IMG/VR virus record: IMGVR_UViG_3300022217_000232
Span: 1-34,329 of that record
Reading direction: 5' to 3' (one strand)
DNA: 34,329 bases
DNA from: a virus
Lineage: Duplodnaviria > Caudoviricetes
Positions within the stretch are counted from its first letter, which is position 1. Each line of letters starts with the position of its first letter. The notes under the pieces are model-generated. The model was not told where the DNA came from. It made no database searches and saw nothing but the letters and a program-made list of their open reading frames with translations. Both the position numbers and the translations under genes were made by a program. Shown here piece by piece: positions 24,908 to 34,328 of the stretch.

Positions 24908-25150
24908 TTAATTAGAATAATTACTTTGAATAAAAGCAATTCTAGAATATTTCAAATATTTTAAAGGTAGAATATCATTTTTAACTTTTATAATATTTTT
25001 AATATCACTATCTTCCATCCATAGATTATATGATTCTAATTGAATTTCTCCATTATTAACATATTTAATAGTATCTATAACTTCATATCCATCATGTGTA
25101 ATTATTTTAACCAAAGAACCTTCTAACTCTTGAGCTCTAAGTGAATTCAT
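24908..25150 (-). CDS. Hypothetical protein with its own late promoter (TATAAATA 25185-25178)
   Basis: ORF track; AAGGA RBS. Confidence 0.65.
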   Translation of the reverse strand: MNSLRAQELEGSLVKIITHDGYEVIDTIKYVNNGEIQLESYNLWMEDSDIKNIIKVKNDILPLKYLKYSRIAFIQSNYSN

Positions 25151-25188
25151 AAAAAATAAAATTATCCTTTTTTTAATTATTTATATTT

Positions 25189-26028
25189 TTACACAGCAAA
25201 TGGATATTTTATATGTTCATGATGCTGATATCCCTCTAACTCAAAGTCATCTATAGTTACCCAAGTTTCTAAATCTTCTAAAGTTTTAATATCTGGATTT
25301 ATTTTTAAAGTAGGTAGTTCAAATGGCTTTCTAGAAATTTGCTCTTTCATTAATTCCATTTGATTTTCATAAATATGTATATCATGTAAGAAATGTGTAA
25401 ATGTTCCAACTTTATGTCCAGTAATTTGAGCCATTACTGATAATAACCACGCATATCCAGTTATATTAAAAGGGACTCCTATTGGAACATCGCAACTTCT
25501 TTGATACATAGATAAATTTAATTTATTGCCATGTCTTCCAAATTGATAAAACATATGACAAGGAGGCAAAGCCATATCATCTAATTCACCTGGATTCCAA
25601 TGTGTTACAATTTCTCTTCTATTATCTTTACCTTGTTTGAGATCATAATAAACGTTCTTCAATTGATCCAATGAACCATTAGTAGATGCCCAATATCTTG
25701 CTTGAACTCCGTATATTCTTCCTAAATCATCTTCACCTGTTCTATTAGGATTATTTAGCCATGTTTGATTCTCATTAGCATTCGCATTCCAAACATTACA
25801 ACCTAATTTTCTGAAATCTTCAGCATTATCATATCCTCTTAAAAATCCCAACATTTCTGCTATAGCAGATTTCCAAAATAATTTCTTAGTTGTAACAACT
25901 GGAAATCCTTTTGATAAATCAAATTTCATCATATCACCAGTATAACCAATATGATCAATTCCAGTTCTATTTGTTTTACGAATTCCTTCATTTATTGTCT
26001 TTTTACATAAATCTAAATATTGTTTCAT
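25189..26028 (-). CDS. thyA: Thymidylate synthase
   Basis: NRTG, FDLSKGFPVVTTKK, MALPPCH, YQRSCD, PFN, HIYENQ. Confidence 0.97.
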   Translation of the reverse strand: MKQYLDLCKKTINEGIRKTNRTGIDHIGYTGDMMKFDLSKGFPVVTTKKLFWKSAIAEMLGFLRGYDNAEDFRKLGCNVWNANANENQTWLNNPNRTGEDDLGRIYGVQARYWASTNGSLDQLKNVYYDLKQGKDNRREIVTHWNPGELDDMALPPCHMFYQFGRHGNKLNLSMYQRSCDVPIGVPFNITGYAWLLSVMAQITGHKVGTFTHFLHDIHIYENQMELMKEQISRKPFELPTLKINPDIKTLEDLETWVTIDDFELEGYQHHEHIKYPFAV

Positions 26029-26031
26029 TTT

Positions 26032-27336
26032 TTACTCCTCTTCTTTAATTTCTATTCCTTCTACAGTATCTTTATATAATTGCATCCATATATTAGAGGA
26101 TGACTTTTTCTCTATACTAGAATAAAATTTAATAGCTTCTCGTAAAATTTTATATCTATCTTTTAATAATAAACAATTAATAATTAAATTTTTCTTATCT
26201 TTTTCATGTACAGAATTAGTAGTATCGACTGCAAATTTAACTATTTTCATTTCAAATTTAAAATTATGATCTATCTTATGAAGTACCTTAAATACCCATT
26301 GTATATTAGCATCATCAATTGCTGTAATTTTCTTAAATAATTTCCAGTCTAATTCGATTTTTCTTTCTAAATCTTCGATTGTACCTAGCTTTTTTCTTAA
26401 ATTATCAGAATAAGATACACTAGAATAAATTGGTCTATATCCCATTGATCTAACTTTTTCTGATTCTTCATTAGTTGTTACTGGATAAGATTTTTTTGAA
26501 TTTTCTTCAAAAAACTTTTCAACTAATTTTCCAGTTATAGTATAATCAGAAAATTGATCCATATATTTTACATCAGGACAATTAGCTTTGAGCATACTTG
26601 TTACATCATATAATTTTCCTTCTATATTAGCAGAAATATATGCCCATATTTTAGAAGTATTCCATTGTAAATTAAATGAATCAACCATATTTCGATCTCT
26701 ATTCAAAGACAATACTGATGGTTTAAAATCATATCCAAAATCTAATTCTTTATTATGACTTACAAATATTCCTCCACTATAAATTTTACCTTTAAAAGAA
26801 TCCTCTAATAACACCTTACCTTGTGGAGTTTTATGATAACTATCTTCCTTTAAATTACATAAAGGTATAAATTGTTTCTTTAATTCTAACCATTCTTCTT
26901 GATTTATATTCTTAATTTCAAAAGTTAATCTACCTTCATAAGGATTTCCAGATAAAATATCAAATTTTAGAACAGGAGTATCGATTTCAAAATGAGTATC
27001 AATATATGGTATCCATGTTTCATTACCATTATAAATAGTAACTTGTTTATTAATTCGACATAAAGCTAATGATCCTACTTTATATCCTTCGCCATAATTA
27101 CCTCTTTGATTAATATCATTATTTTTAGATGTTGAACCTAATAATAAAGATGCTTTATTTAAAATGACTCCTCTATTATAAATTATTAATTTCTTTTTAT
27201 CTTTAATATAATGCAGTCTACCAGTAAATCCTTTGTCATTAGCATCTAAAGCATTTTGCATTATTTCTCTAATGCCTTCATTTAATCCCCAATCACTGAC
27301 ATAGTCTTTGGAAATGGTAGTTTCTATAACATTCAT
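26032..27336 (-). CDS. GHKL (HATPase_c) ATPase domain protein
   Basis: REIMQNALDA, N-x-G, LLLGSTSK, GNYGEGYKVG. Confidence 0.8.
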   Translation of the reverse strand: MNVIETTISKDYVSDWGLNEGIREIMQNALDANDKGFTGRLHYIKDKKKLIIYNRGVILNKASLLLGSTSKNNDINQRGNYGEGYKVGSLALCRINKQVTIYNGNETWIPYIDTHFEIDTPVLKFDILSGNPYEGRLTFEIKNINQEEWLELKKQFIPLCNLKEDSYHKTPQGKVLLEDSFKGKIYSGGIFVSHNKELDFGYDFKPSVLSLNRDRNMVDSFNLQWNTSKIWAYISANIEGKLYDVTSMLKANCPDVKYMDQFSDYTITGKLVEKFFEENSKKSYPVTTNEESEKVRSMGYRPIYSSVSYSDNLRKKLGTIEDLERKIELDWKLFKKITAIDDANIQWVFKVLHKIDHNFKFEMKIVKFAVDTTNSVHEKDKKNLIINCLLLKDRYKILREAIKFYSSIEKKSSSNIWMQLYKDTVEGIEIKEEE

Positions 27337-27686
27337 TTTTTATTCACACTCATTAATTTGGGGGTTTCACAAATATTACCAATTACTTCAATTTTATCAC
27401 TAGTCCAACTATTAAAATTAGGACAATAAGAACACGCATAAGGGTCATAATATACTTCAACTTTATTTCCATTTTCTATATATACAAGAATATCACCTTC
27501 ATATATTTCTTTACCATTTTTATCTTTAAGACCAATATATTGTTGTAGTATAAACCTTTCAGTTATATTAAAACTATCAGAACTATATATTTGCCCAGTA
27601 TCAAAATGCATATAAAACCCATTCAAAAAACATTGAGTATAATGACTAAAATGTTTATCCCACACTCTAAATTTAATTACTCTCAT
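27333..27686 (-). CDS. YopX-family protein
   Basis: IKFRVWD, QYIGLKDKNGKEIYEGDIL, EVIGNI. Confidence 0.9.
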   Translation of the reverse strand: MRVIKFRVWDKHFSHYTQCFLNGFYMHFDTGQIYSSDSFNITERFILQQYIGLKDKNGKEIYEGDILVYIENGNKVEVYYDPYACSYCPNFNSWTSDKIEVIGNICETPKLMSVNKK

Positions 27687-27696
27687 AATCGATCTC

Positions 27697-29415
27697 CTAT
27701 TTCATTTTTAAACTATATAAAGATTTATTTTTATAGAATTGTACTTCTAATCCTGAATTACATAAAATCATATCTTTAGAAATAGCAGGATCTTTTATTA
27801 ATTTTAGTTGACTATGGCCAATTTGATTTTTAAAAATTTCTATTTCACCATCATCTATAATATTAATAACAATATTATTTTTTAAAGTAATGAAATTTAC
27901 TCTAGTCGTAGAATCTACATCATCAATTCTACATGTATATTTATTGAAATCATTAGAATCAAATATCATGGTAAATCTTTCATATTTACCACCTTTATAT
28001 CCTATCATAATACAGACGTTTTTGTCAAATTTAGCATCAATAATTTTATATTTTTCTAATTCCTTAATATAAATTAATGTAAAAAATATTGAACCATTTG
28101 TTAATTTAGGAATCATTATATATGATTTGCCTAACAAATTACTATATAACATACCATTAAATATTTGAGTAGAATTTGTCATGGTATCATATATTTTACC
28201 AGGTGAAATTAAAATATTATTACCTATTTCAGTAAGTATAATTTCTATTAATTTTATCCCACTCCAAACAAATAATTTATTATCAACAACTATAAGTTTT
28301 TTAGCTTTAAATAATGAATTTAAATTTTTTCCATCTTTTACTTTTCTTAAAATTAAATTTTCATCACTGTCTATTGTAGCTACAATAGGGGTTAAATATT
28401 TTTCAGTAAATACTATTTCTATATTATTAGGATCATTAATTTTAAGATAATTTAACTTATCTAAAAAAATTTCACTACTAGTTAAAATTACTTTATTTAT
28501 TGATGCATAATCATATACTTTAACTATTGTATTCTTATATTCTTTAAGTAATTTTATTATAAAATTGTTAGTACTTTCAACTATTTCAGTAGTTATTTGA
28601 ATAGCTCCCATCATACCTGCTATAGTCGGAGGTGGAATTCTTCTACCCTTTTCGAAAAGTTCTGTAAACCATTCTCTATATTTTGTTGGTATATAAGCAA
28701 AATCTCTAGTAGATGCTGGTACACTAACTTCTTTATTGAAAATAGATATTCCTTTAGTCATCCTTTCAACTAAACTATTCTTTTTAAAATTAGGATGTTT
28801 TCCCTTAAATGGATGAATCCCAATAAATAATTGGCAGCAAATAATAGCAAATGAATACCAATCACTTCCTATAGTAAATTTATTAGAACTATAATCTCTA
28901 ATAGAAGGCATAATAGCAGTAGCTGGAAAGTTTTGAGTTTGATAAGAATTTACATCTATAAAATAAGGAGTAGTAAAATCTTTATCATTAACTAAGTAAT
29001 TCAATTCATTGCCATCAACAATTAATGCCTGTTTTTCATGAATGAATTGAATTGTTTCTTGCATATTTTCAATTAACTCTAATACAATTTCGGGAGTTAT
29101 ATTATTTCTATTTCTAAAATCATTAGTAAAAAGTTTACATAATGCTAAAGTATTCTTGATATGATCCATAGTAAATCCTATAGGTATCATATTTTTATTA
29201 AGAACTATATCAATAGGAGCTAAAATATTAGCCCTATTTAACTTCTGCAGCTCTTTAATCTTCTCAATAGGTATCATTTTATTAAGATCATCATAGATCT
29301 TATAAATCAATGATCCTTTACCATAAATTTTACCTTCACCACCTTCAGTAATATAATCTTGATCATATAGTTTTATTGGACCTTTACCTTGAATTATATA
29401 TTCTCTACTTGACAT
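27697..29415 (-). CDS. Ser/Thr protein kinase (TerY-P triad type) with C-terminal beta-rich domain
   Basis: GGEGKIY loop, YKIY Lys, VDGNELNYLV catalytic loop, FIDVNS, SDWYSFAI...GIHPFKG. Confidence 0.85.
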   Translation of the reverse strand: MSSREYIIQGKGPIKLYDQDYITEGGEGKIYGKGSLIYKIYDDLNKMIPIEKIKELQKLNRANILAPIDIVLNKNMIPIGFTMDHIKNTLALCKLFTNDFRNRNNITPEIVLELIENMQETIQFIHEKQALIVDGNELNYLVNDKDFTTPYFIDVNSYQTQNFPATAIMPSIRDYSSNKFTIGSDWYSFAIICCQLFIGIHPFKGKHPNFKKNSLVERMTKGISIFNKEVSVPASTRDFAYIPTKYREWFTELFEKGRRIPPPTIAGMMGAIQITTEIVESTNNFIIKLLKEYKNTIVKVYDYASINKVILTSSEIFLDKLNYLKINDPNNIEIVFTEKYLTPIVATIDSDENLILRKVKDGKNLNSLFKAKKLIVVDNKLFVWSGIKLIEIILTEIGNNILISPGKIYDTMTNSTQIFNGMLYSNLLGKSYIMIPKLTNGSIFFTLIYIKELEKYKIIDAKFDKNVCIMIGYKGGKYERFTMIFDSNDFNKYTCRIDDVDSTTRVNFITLKNNIVINIIDDGEIEIFKNQIGHSQLKLIKDPAISKDMILCNSGLEVQFYKNKSLYSLKMK

Positions 29416-30263
29416 CTTTTATCTTCTCCAATTACAAATGCACCAAATGAAATATCATCGTAATGTTTCCAACCATCTTTAATTTCACTCTTAATAGCTT
29501 TTTTACATCTCCGCTTTACAAATTCACCTTTAACATTTTTAAAAGCTACAAATTCTGTAAGGATACTATGTGCATTTTTTTTATCACCGTTCTTACAAAA
29601 AGATTCTACTCCATCTGAAGCAATTCCTATATATTCTATATCACTTTTTTCTATATTAATAATAAATGGCATTAAAGAATTATAATTTTCATAATAATTA
29701 TTTTCTATGAAATCATTTGAATTACAACCTTCTATTACTGTATGTGTAAAGGACTTATTGTATTCTTCAGACATTAATAATTGATAGTCAGTCATTCTTT
29801 TCAAATCTAAATTATAAGATAGATAATAAGGAGCATTATGTTTATATTGAAAAGCATGACTAGTAAAACTACCACCTTTATGTCTTAAAAATAAATGACC
29901 GTCACCATAAAAATAAGTATAAATATTACCTTTAAACTCAAACATAACAATTATAGTTGAATCTAAACTATTCAGATTTAAATCAAATTTATTTATAATA
30001 TCTCTAGCCAAATCTATAGCTTTATAGCCTAAATCCTCTTTACTAATTAATGAATCAAAGCTTAATGATGTTGTTAATATATTTTTAACACAATGAACTA
30101 ATATTCTAGATCCTACATCAGTATTTTTAGAAGAAGAGCACCCGTCGCCTAATATAATATAAGGCGACGGGTACATGCCAGATATGATATAATCCTCGCA
30201 AATATGATGGCTATCTCCGATGATTAAAAATGTATCTACATTTTCTATTTTACGAGAACTCAT
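29394..30263 (-). CDS. PP2C-family protein phosphatase
   Basis: GDSH..CEDY, GDGCSS, GDG, ASDG, HYDD. Confidence 0.85.
   Translation of the reverse strand: MSSRKIENVDTFLIIGDSHHICEDYIISGMYPSPYIILGDGCSSSKNTDVGSRILVHCVKNILTTSLSFDSLISKEDLGYKAIDLARDIINKFDLNLNSLDSTIIVMFEFKGNIYTYFYGDGHLFLRHKGGSFTSHAFQYKHNAPYYLSYNLDLKRMTDYQLLMSEEYNKSFTHTVIEGCNSNDFIENNYYENYNSLMPFIINIEKSDIEYIGIASDGVESFCKNGDKKNAHSILTEFVAFKNVKGEFVKRRCKKAIKSEIKDGWKHYDDISFGAFVIGEDKRCQVENI
30140..30172. repeat. Perfect 11-bp GC-rich inverted repeat inside the PP2C gene
   Basis: ACCCGTCGCCT-N11-AGGCGACGGGT. Confidence 0.85.
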
Positions 30264-30273
30264 ATCATATCTC

Positions 30274-30996
30274 CTAAAAAGTTAATTGTTGACTAGGACC
30301 ACCTGTTCCCAGGCTCTGACTTTGTGAATTAACGCTCTTGCTCACAAAAGCTGCTAATTTAGCAAGCTTTTGATCAGTAGCTTCTCCAACATCAACATAT
30401 TGTGTCAAATTACTTTCATTTTTAAATTTATTCAATTCACTACTGCAATTTGAAGCATTAATTCCGATTAAAACTGTAATCAAAGATTCAATCTCTTCTC
30501 CATTAATAGCTAATTCCATTAAGTCTTTGACTGCAGATGGAGTATAAGTAGAACTAACATCCATTCCATCTGTAATAATAAACACTATACCATTGACATC
30601 AAAATCTTGACTAATTAAATTTTTAGAATAACTAAGAGTTGCTCCAATAGATTCATAAGTAGCATCATATAGTGATGTTAAATTAAAACAATTTAGATCT
30701 TGATAATCATCAACATTAATATCATTTAATAAAATGAATCCATGTACTTCATAAATTTCCTTGTTGAATGTTACTAATCTAATAAGTAAATTTTCAGCCC
30801 TAGGACTTTTCTTACATGAATTAATAGCAGTTTTAACAGTTTCTAATAGTTCAGCTGAAAATATATGTACACTTCCACTAATATCTACAACTATAGTAAC
30901 TAGGGTATATTCAGTTGCGCACAATTCTTCAGGTCTTACTGCTGAAAAATTAAAACTTCCGCCAATTATAGGCAAATCATCCATCATTTTAGGCAT
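30274..30996 (-). CDS. von Willebrand factor A domain protein (TerY-like)
   Basis: DISGS MIDAS, TSLYDA, ITDG. Confidence 0.88.
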   Translation of the reverse strand: MPKMMDDLPIIGGSFNFSAVRPEELCATEYTLVTIVVDISGSVHIFSAELLETVKTAINSCKKSPRAENLLIRLVTFNKEIYEVHGFILLNDINVDDYQDLNCFNLTSLYDATYESIGATLSYSKNLISQDFDVNGIVFIITDGMDVSSTYTPSAVKDLMELAINGEEIESLITVLIGINASNCSSELNKFKNESNLTQYVDVGEATDQKLAKLAAFVSKSVNSQSQSLGTGGPSQQLTF

Positions 30997-31025
30997 TTTA
31001 TTATATCTCCAATCTTTTTTATATT

Positions 31026-31190
31026 TTAAGGTTTACATAACGAATCATTTTTAATCATATCTCTAATGGTATCTTCAACCATAGATTCATAAAATAAAGT
31101 ATAAGATATAGTTTTGAAAAACCAATAAGAGCAATATATACTAAACAATATAACAATAATTATAGCAATTCCTATTATAATATCTTTCAT
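31026..31190 (-). CDS. Small single-pass membrane protein, 54 aa
   Basis: Missed by ORF track; AAGGAGG RBS, ATGA overlap with upstream gene. Confidence 0.65.
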   Translation of the reverse strand: MKDIIIGIAIIIVILFSIYCSYWFFKTISYTLFYESMVEDTIRDMIKNDSLCKP

Positions 31191-31618
31191 GTATATGTAT
31201 CCTCCTTAAATTTTTCAATATTTACTTCATCTAAGTGTTTATGTCCCATTTTACCAAGTTTTGATAGATTTTTCTTAATCCTAATCATAAATCTTAGAGA
31301 TCTAAGGATTACATAAACTATAAGAATTGTAATAGTTAGAGGCCATATGAGGTTTAATATTATAGTACATAAACATATTAATATTAAAGACATTATAAAG
31401 ATTATATAATTATTATCATCATCAAATAATATATCTAGTTTTTCTATCAAATATTTAACTATTTTATTTTCATTATGATCATATTTTTTATCATTTATAT
31501 ATCCAATAGCTTTATTAATAGAAATATATAAAATAAATAACAATACTAAACTTATACTAATACCACTTGTAATTATGAATCCTAATTCATATAATTCTTT
31601 TAATATATTCATTGTCAA
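31187..31618 (-). CDS. Membrane protein (about 3 TM)
   Basis: Hydrophobic segments, IWPL motif; likely start at second Met. Confidence 0.65.
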   Translation of the reverse strand: MTMNILKELYELGFIITSGISISLVLLFILYISINKAIGYINDKKYDHNENKIVKYLIEKLDILFDDDNNYIIFIMSLILICLCTIILNLIWPLTITILIVYVILRSLRFMIRIKKNLSKLGKMGHKHLDEVNIEKFKEDTYT

Positions 31619-31623
31619 TTCTC

Positions 31624-32418
31624 CTATTTTAAAAATTCTATACTAGTAGAAACTTGCATTCCACGAGCACTCATATCTTTAACAAATGAGTCACCTAAAT
31701 TCTCGAATCCTGGAACATTAGAACAAGTATCTTTAAGTAATACAAATTTCTTAATGTTATCTTCGCCGAAATTATCTGCAATATCAGTTACAGTATTTGC
31801 AACACAATGTGACAATGCCTGTCCAGAAATAACAATAATATCAGCTTCTTCCAATGTTTGAATTAATGGAACATTCAAATGTGTGCTAGGATCTTCAGGA
31901 TCAGGAACATCAGATTTAACTGCACTATAATGTTCAGTTTTATAATTACTACCTTTAGTCACATAATCGATCATATTAAAATCATTTTCCCACTCAGTAA
32001 TTGCATTATAAACAGGATCGACTACATTGTTTCCCCAGCTTCCAATCAAACAATGAGGAGGCCAAATACACAATGGATATCTACCATTAGCTTCTAAAGA
32101 TTCAATATATGATTTTACATATTCTTTAAAAGCTGGATTAGTTGGACCCCAAGTACCATTTTGAATTTCTTTACTAGTAATAATTGTAAATGGATCTGGA
32201 TTTTTACCTTCAGAATTTTTCCAAAAAATTGGATGTGCAATATCTACTAAATGATGACTATCCAATGTAACATGAATATCATAAATTTTATCCTTCATTC
32301 TTCGAATAAAATTACTTAGCCTTTTTGCATCTTCATCTGCACCTGGAACGAATAAACTACCAGATGGATCACAAAAATCATTTTGTGGATCAATAATTAA
32401 CAACTCTATTTTTTTCAT
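31624..32418 (-). CDS. pncA: Nicotinamidase / cysteine hydrolase (isochorismatase family)
   Basis: IDPQNDFC, GSLFVPGA, DSH, WPPHC, K-G, GQALSHCV. Confidence 0.85.
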   Translation of the reverse strand: MKKIELLIIDPQNDFCDPSGSLFVPGADEDAKRLSNFIRRMKDKIYDIHVTLDSHHLVDIAHPIFWKNSEGKNPDPFTIITSKEIQNGTWGPTNPAFKEYVKSYIESLEANGRYPLCIWPPHCLIGSWGNNVVDPVYNAITEWENDFNMIDYVTKGSNYKTEHYSAVKSDVPDPEDPSTHLNVPLIQTLEEADIIVISGQALSHCVANTVTDIADNFGEDNIKKFVLLKDTCSNVPGFENLGDSFVKDMSARGMQVSTSIEFLK

Positions 32419-32442
32419 TCTATTTCCTCCATTTTAGGTTTA

Positions 32443-32470
32443 ATTATAATATGTTTATTTTAAAAGTCAA
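32443..32470 (-). promoter_or_regulatory. sigma70-type promoter (TTGACT-16-TATAAT) for pncA-vWA-PP2C-kinase run
   Basis: TTGACT 32470-32465, TATAAT 32448-32443. Confidence 0.65.
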
Positions 32471-32475
32471 GATTT

Positions 32476-32673
32476 TTATTCTTCCCTTCTTGTTATTGTA
32501 AATAAACATCTACAATTTTTACATTGACAATGTGCTGTGTATAATTTATTTTTTTTAGATATATTATATACTATATCACTAGAATTACATTCTGGGCAAT
32601 GTGGCATTGGGCTATATTTGTTATTCTTAATCCATCTTATTCCATGTGATTTAATTTTTATATTATACCTCAT
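32476..32673 (-). CDS. Zinc-ribbon protein (CPEC...CKNC)
   Basis: Start reassigned to ATG 32673 overlapping the pncB TGA. Confidence 0.6.
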   Translation of the reverse strand: MRYNIKIKSHGIRWIKNNKYSPMPHCPECNSSDIVYNISKKNKLYTAHCQCKNCRCLFTITRREE

Positions 32674-34046
32674 TTTATTTCCCACACTACATCTTTTATT
32701 TTTGAGTGAGCTGTTAATTGCCAATACCCAAAATAATTATTTTTATTAGTAATAAGTATTACTTCAGTATTTGGATTATAATTCATAAATTTAAGACCTG
32801 GTAGATTTCCCTTTCCACATGACGCCTTTTCAGGATATAATGTAATTCCATCTTCTTTTTCAATTTCAACTAGCTTATAAACAAATCCAGCATTAATTGT
32901 TTCTGAGCCAAATATATTAACATAAGCAGTACCGGCCATACACATATCAAATGGAATATTCCTTTCTTCAAAATCTTTTAACCTTTCTGGTGTAAGATCT
33001 CCACTAATAAATATTTTAACATCTTGCCAACCTACTTTATTTAATTGTTTTCTTACTGCTATAGCATATTCATCCAATGGTTCACTATCAATTCTAATAA
33101 CAGTTGGTTTAATATTATTTAATATTAACATATTAATAGCTGCTTTAACATTATAAGTGTCTACAAGAAATGTACTATTAGGCCAAATATCATTCCATAA
33201 TTTATAAGCTTCTATTTCTGACTCTTGTCCCATTACAAAACTATGAGCCATAGTCCCACCTAAAATATCTAATCCTAATACTGTATCAAAAGCAGTAGAA
33301 GTATTACTAGTCCCATTCCATCCTTCATTAATAGCTACTGTTGATGCCATTAGAGCTGCTTCATATCCTGCGGCTCTTCTAAATCCTGCTTCAAAAAGAA
33401 TTTTACTAGTAGAATTTCTATACTCTTTAGCTCTTTCTACTAGATGATCTCTATATGTAGGAAGTAAATCAGAAACACTAGATGAAAAACTTTTACCATC
33501 AACTAAACTTTGTAAATTCGTGAGTTTTTTATTATAGGGTTCAAGATAAAATTTAGTAGCTAATCCAGTAGAACCATTAATGGCATTAAGAATTGGAGTT
33601 TCTAGTAATTGGCCTATCCATTTAGGACCTCTATATTGAAAAGCTGGAACAAATGGTCTTAACATAGCTCCTAAAGGATAATAAATTACTTCGAAATCTT
33701 TATTAAGATAATTCCATTTTTCTCTAATCCTTCTTTCATACTCAGCTACTCTATTTTTAGGGAATTTAGGTTTTACTAAATCTAAAAATATTTCCAATAA
33801 ATTAGGATTTTCAAGCTCTTTTCTAACATCTTTAATTAAAGTTTTTACTTTATAATTCCCACCAAAAATATAAAAATCATCATTGGGATTTATTTTTGGA
33901 TTTACTTTTCTATAGAAAGCTTCAAACCCAGCAATTTCATCAGCTTGATCTAAAAGAATATAAGCCACTACCATAGAAAGTTGATAAAAGTCAGTTTTTA
34001 ATAATTGAAAATGATTTTCTTTTAATAATAATGATTTATTATCCAT
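32670..34046 (-). CDS. pncB: Nicotinate phosphoribosyltransferase
   Basis: TDFYQLSM, LLET, GFRRA, GTSN, GTMAHS, LVDTY, IRIDS, ISGDL, VYKLVE. Confidence 0.85.
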   Translation of the reverse strand: MDNKSLLLKENHFQLLKTDFYQLSMVVAYILLDQADEIAGFEAFYRKVNPKINPNDDFYIFGGNYKVKTLIKDVRKELENPNLLEIFLDLVKPKFPKNRVAEYERRIREKWNYLNKDFEVIYYPLGAMLRPFVPAFQYRGPKWIGQLLETPILNAINGSTGLATKFYLEPYNKKLTNLQSLVDGKSFSSSVSDLLPTYRDHLVERAKEYRNSTSKILFEAGFRRAAGYEAALMASTVAINEGWNGTSNTSTAFDTVLGLDILGGTMAHSFVMGQESEIEAYKLWNDIWPNSTFLVDTYNVKAAINMLILNNIKPTVIRIDSEPLDEYAIAVRKQLNKVGWQDVKIFISGDLTPERLKDFEERNIPFDMCMAGTAYVNIFGSETINAGFVYKLVEIEKEDGITLYPEKASCGKGNLPGLKFMNYNPNTEVILITNKNNYFGYWQLTAHSKIKDVVWEIK

Positions 34047-34049
34047 TTT

Positions 34050-34328
34050 TCAATCCCTCTCTTTAAAATGGTTCTCTATCATTTCTTCTAGCATTTCATT
34101 TGCTGCTGACTCTGCTGACTCTGCTGCCCATGCTGCCCATGCTGCCTCTGCTACCCTTGCTACCCTTGCTGCTGTCCATGCTGCTGTCCATGCTGCTGCC
34201 CTTGCTGCTGCCCATGCAGCTACCCTTGCTGACCACGCTGCCTCTGCTGCTGCCTCTCTAATCTCTTCGTTTCCAGTCTCCAGCCAATCAACTATCAGAT
34301 CATAGTCTTTAGCAGAGCAATAGGGCTT
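34050..34328 (-). CDS. C-terminal fragment of an Ala-rich repeat phage protein (...WLETGNEEIREAAAEAAWSARVAAWAAA...)
   Basis: Open frame from the right edge to TGA 34052-34050; low-complexity GCA-rich 9/12-nt repeats at about 34100-34258. Confidence 0.75.
   Translation of the reverse strand, partial: KPYCSAKDYDLIVDWLETGNEEIREAAAEAAWSARVAAWAAARAAAWTAAWTAARVARVAEAAWAAWAAESAESAANEMLEEMIENHFKERD

Noticed and set aside
22857-32749. Other antisense ORFs (22857, 23322, 23589, 27591, 27890, 28181, 30761, 31879, 32537; also 3719 and 4886)
   Set aside because: Overlap recognisable genes on the opposite strand with no independent support
34100-34258. GCA-rich repeats as a CRISPR array
   Set aside because: Units are 9-12 nt, in frame, with no unique spacers; they encode an Ala-rich tail
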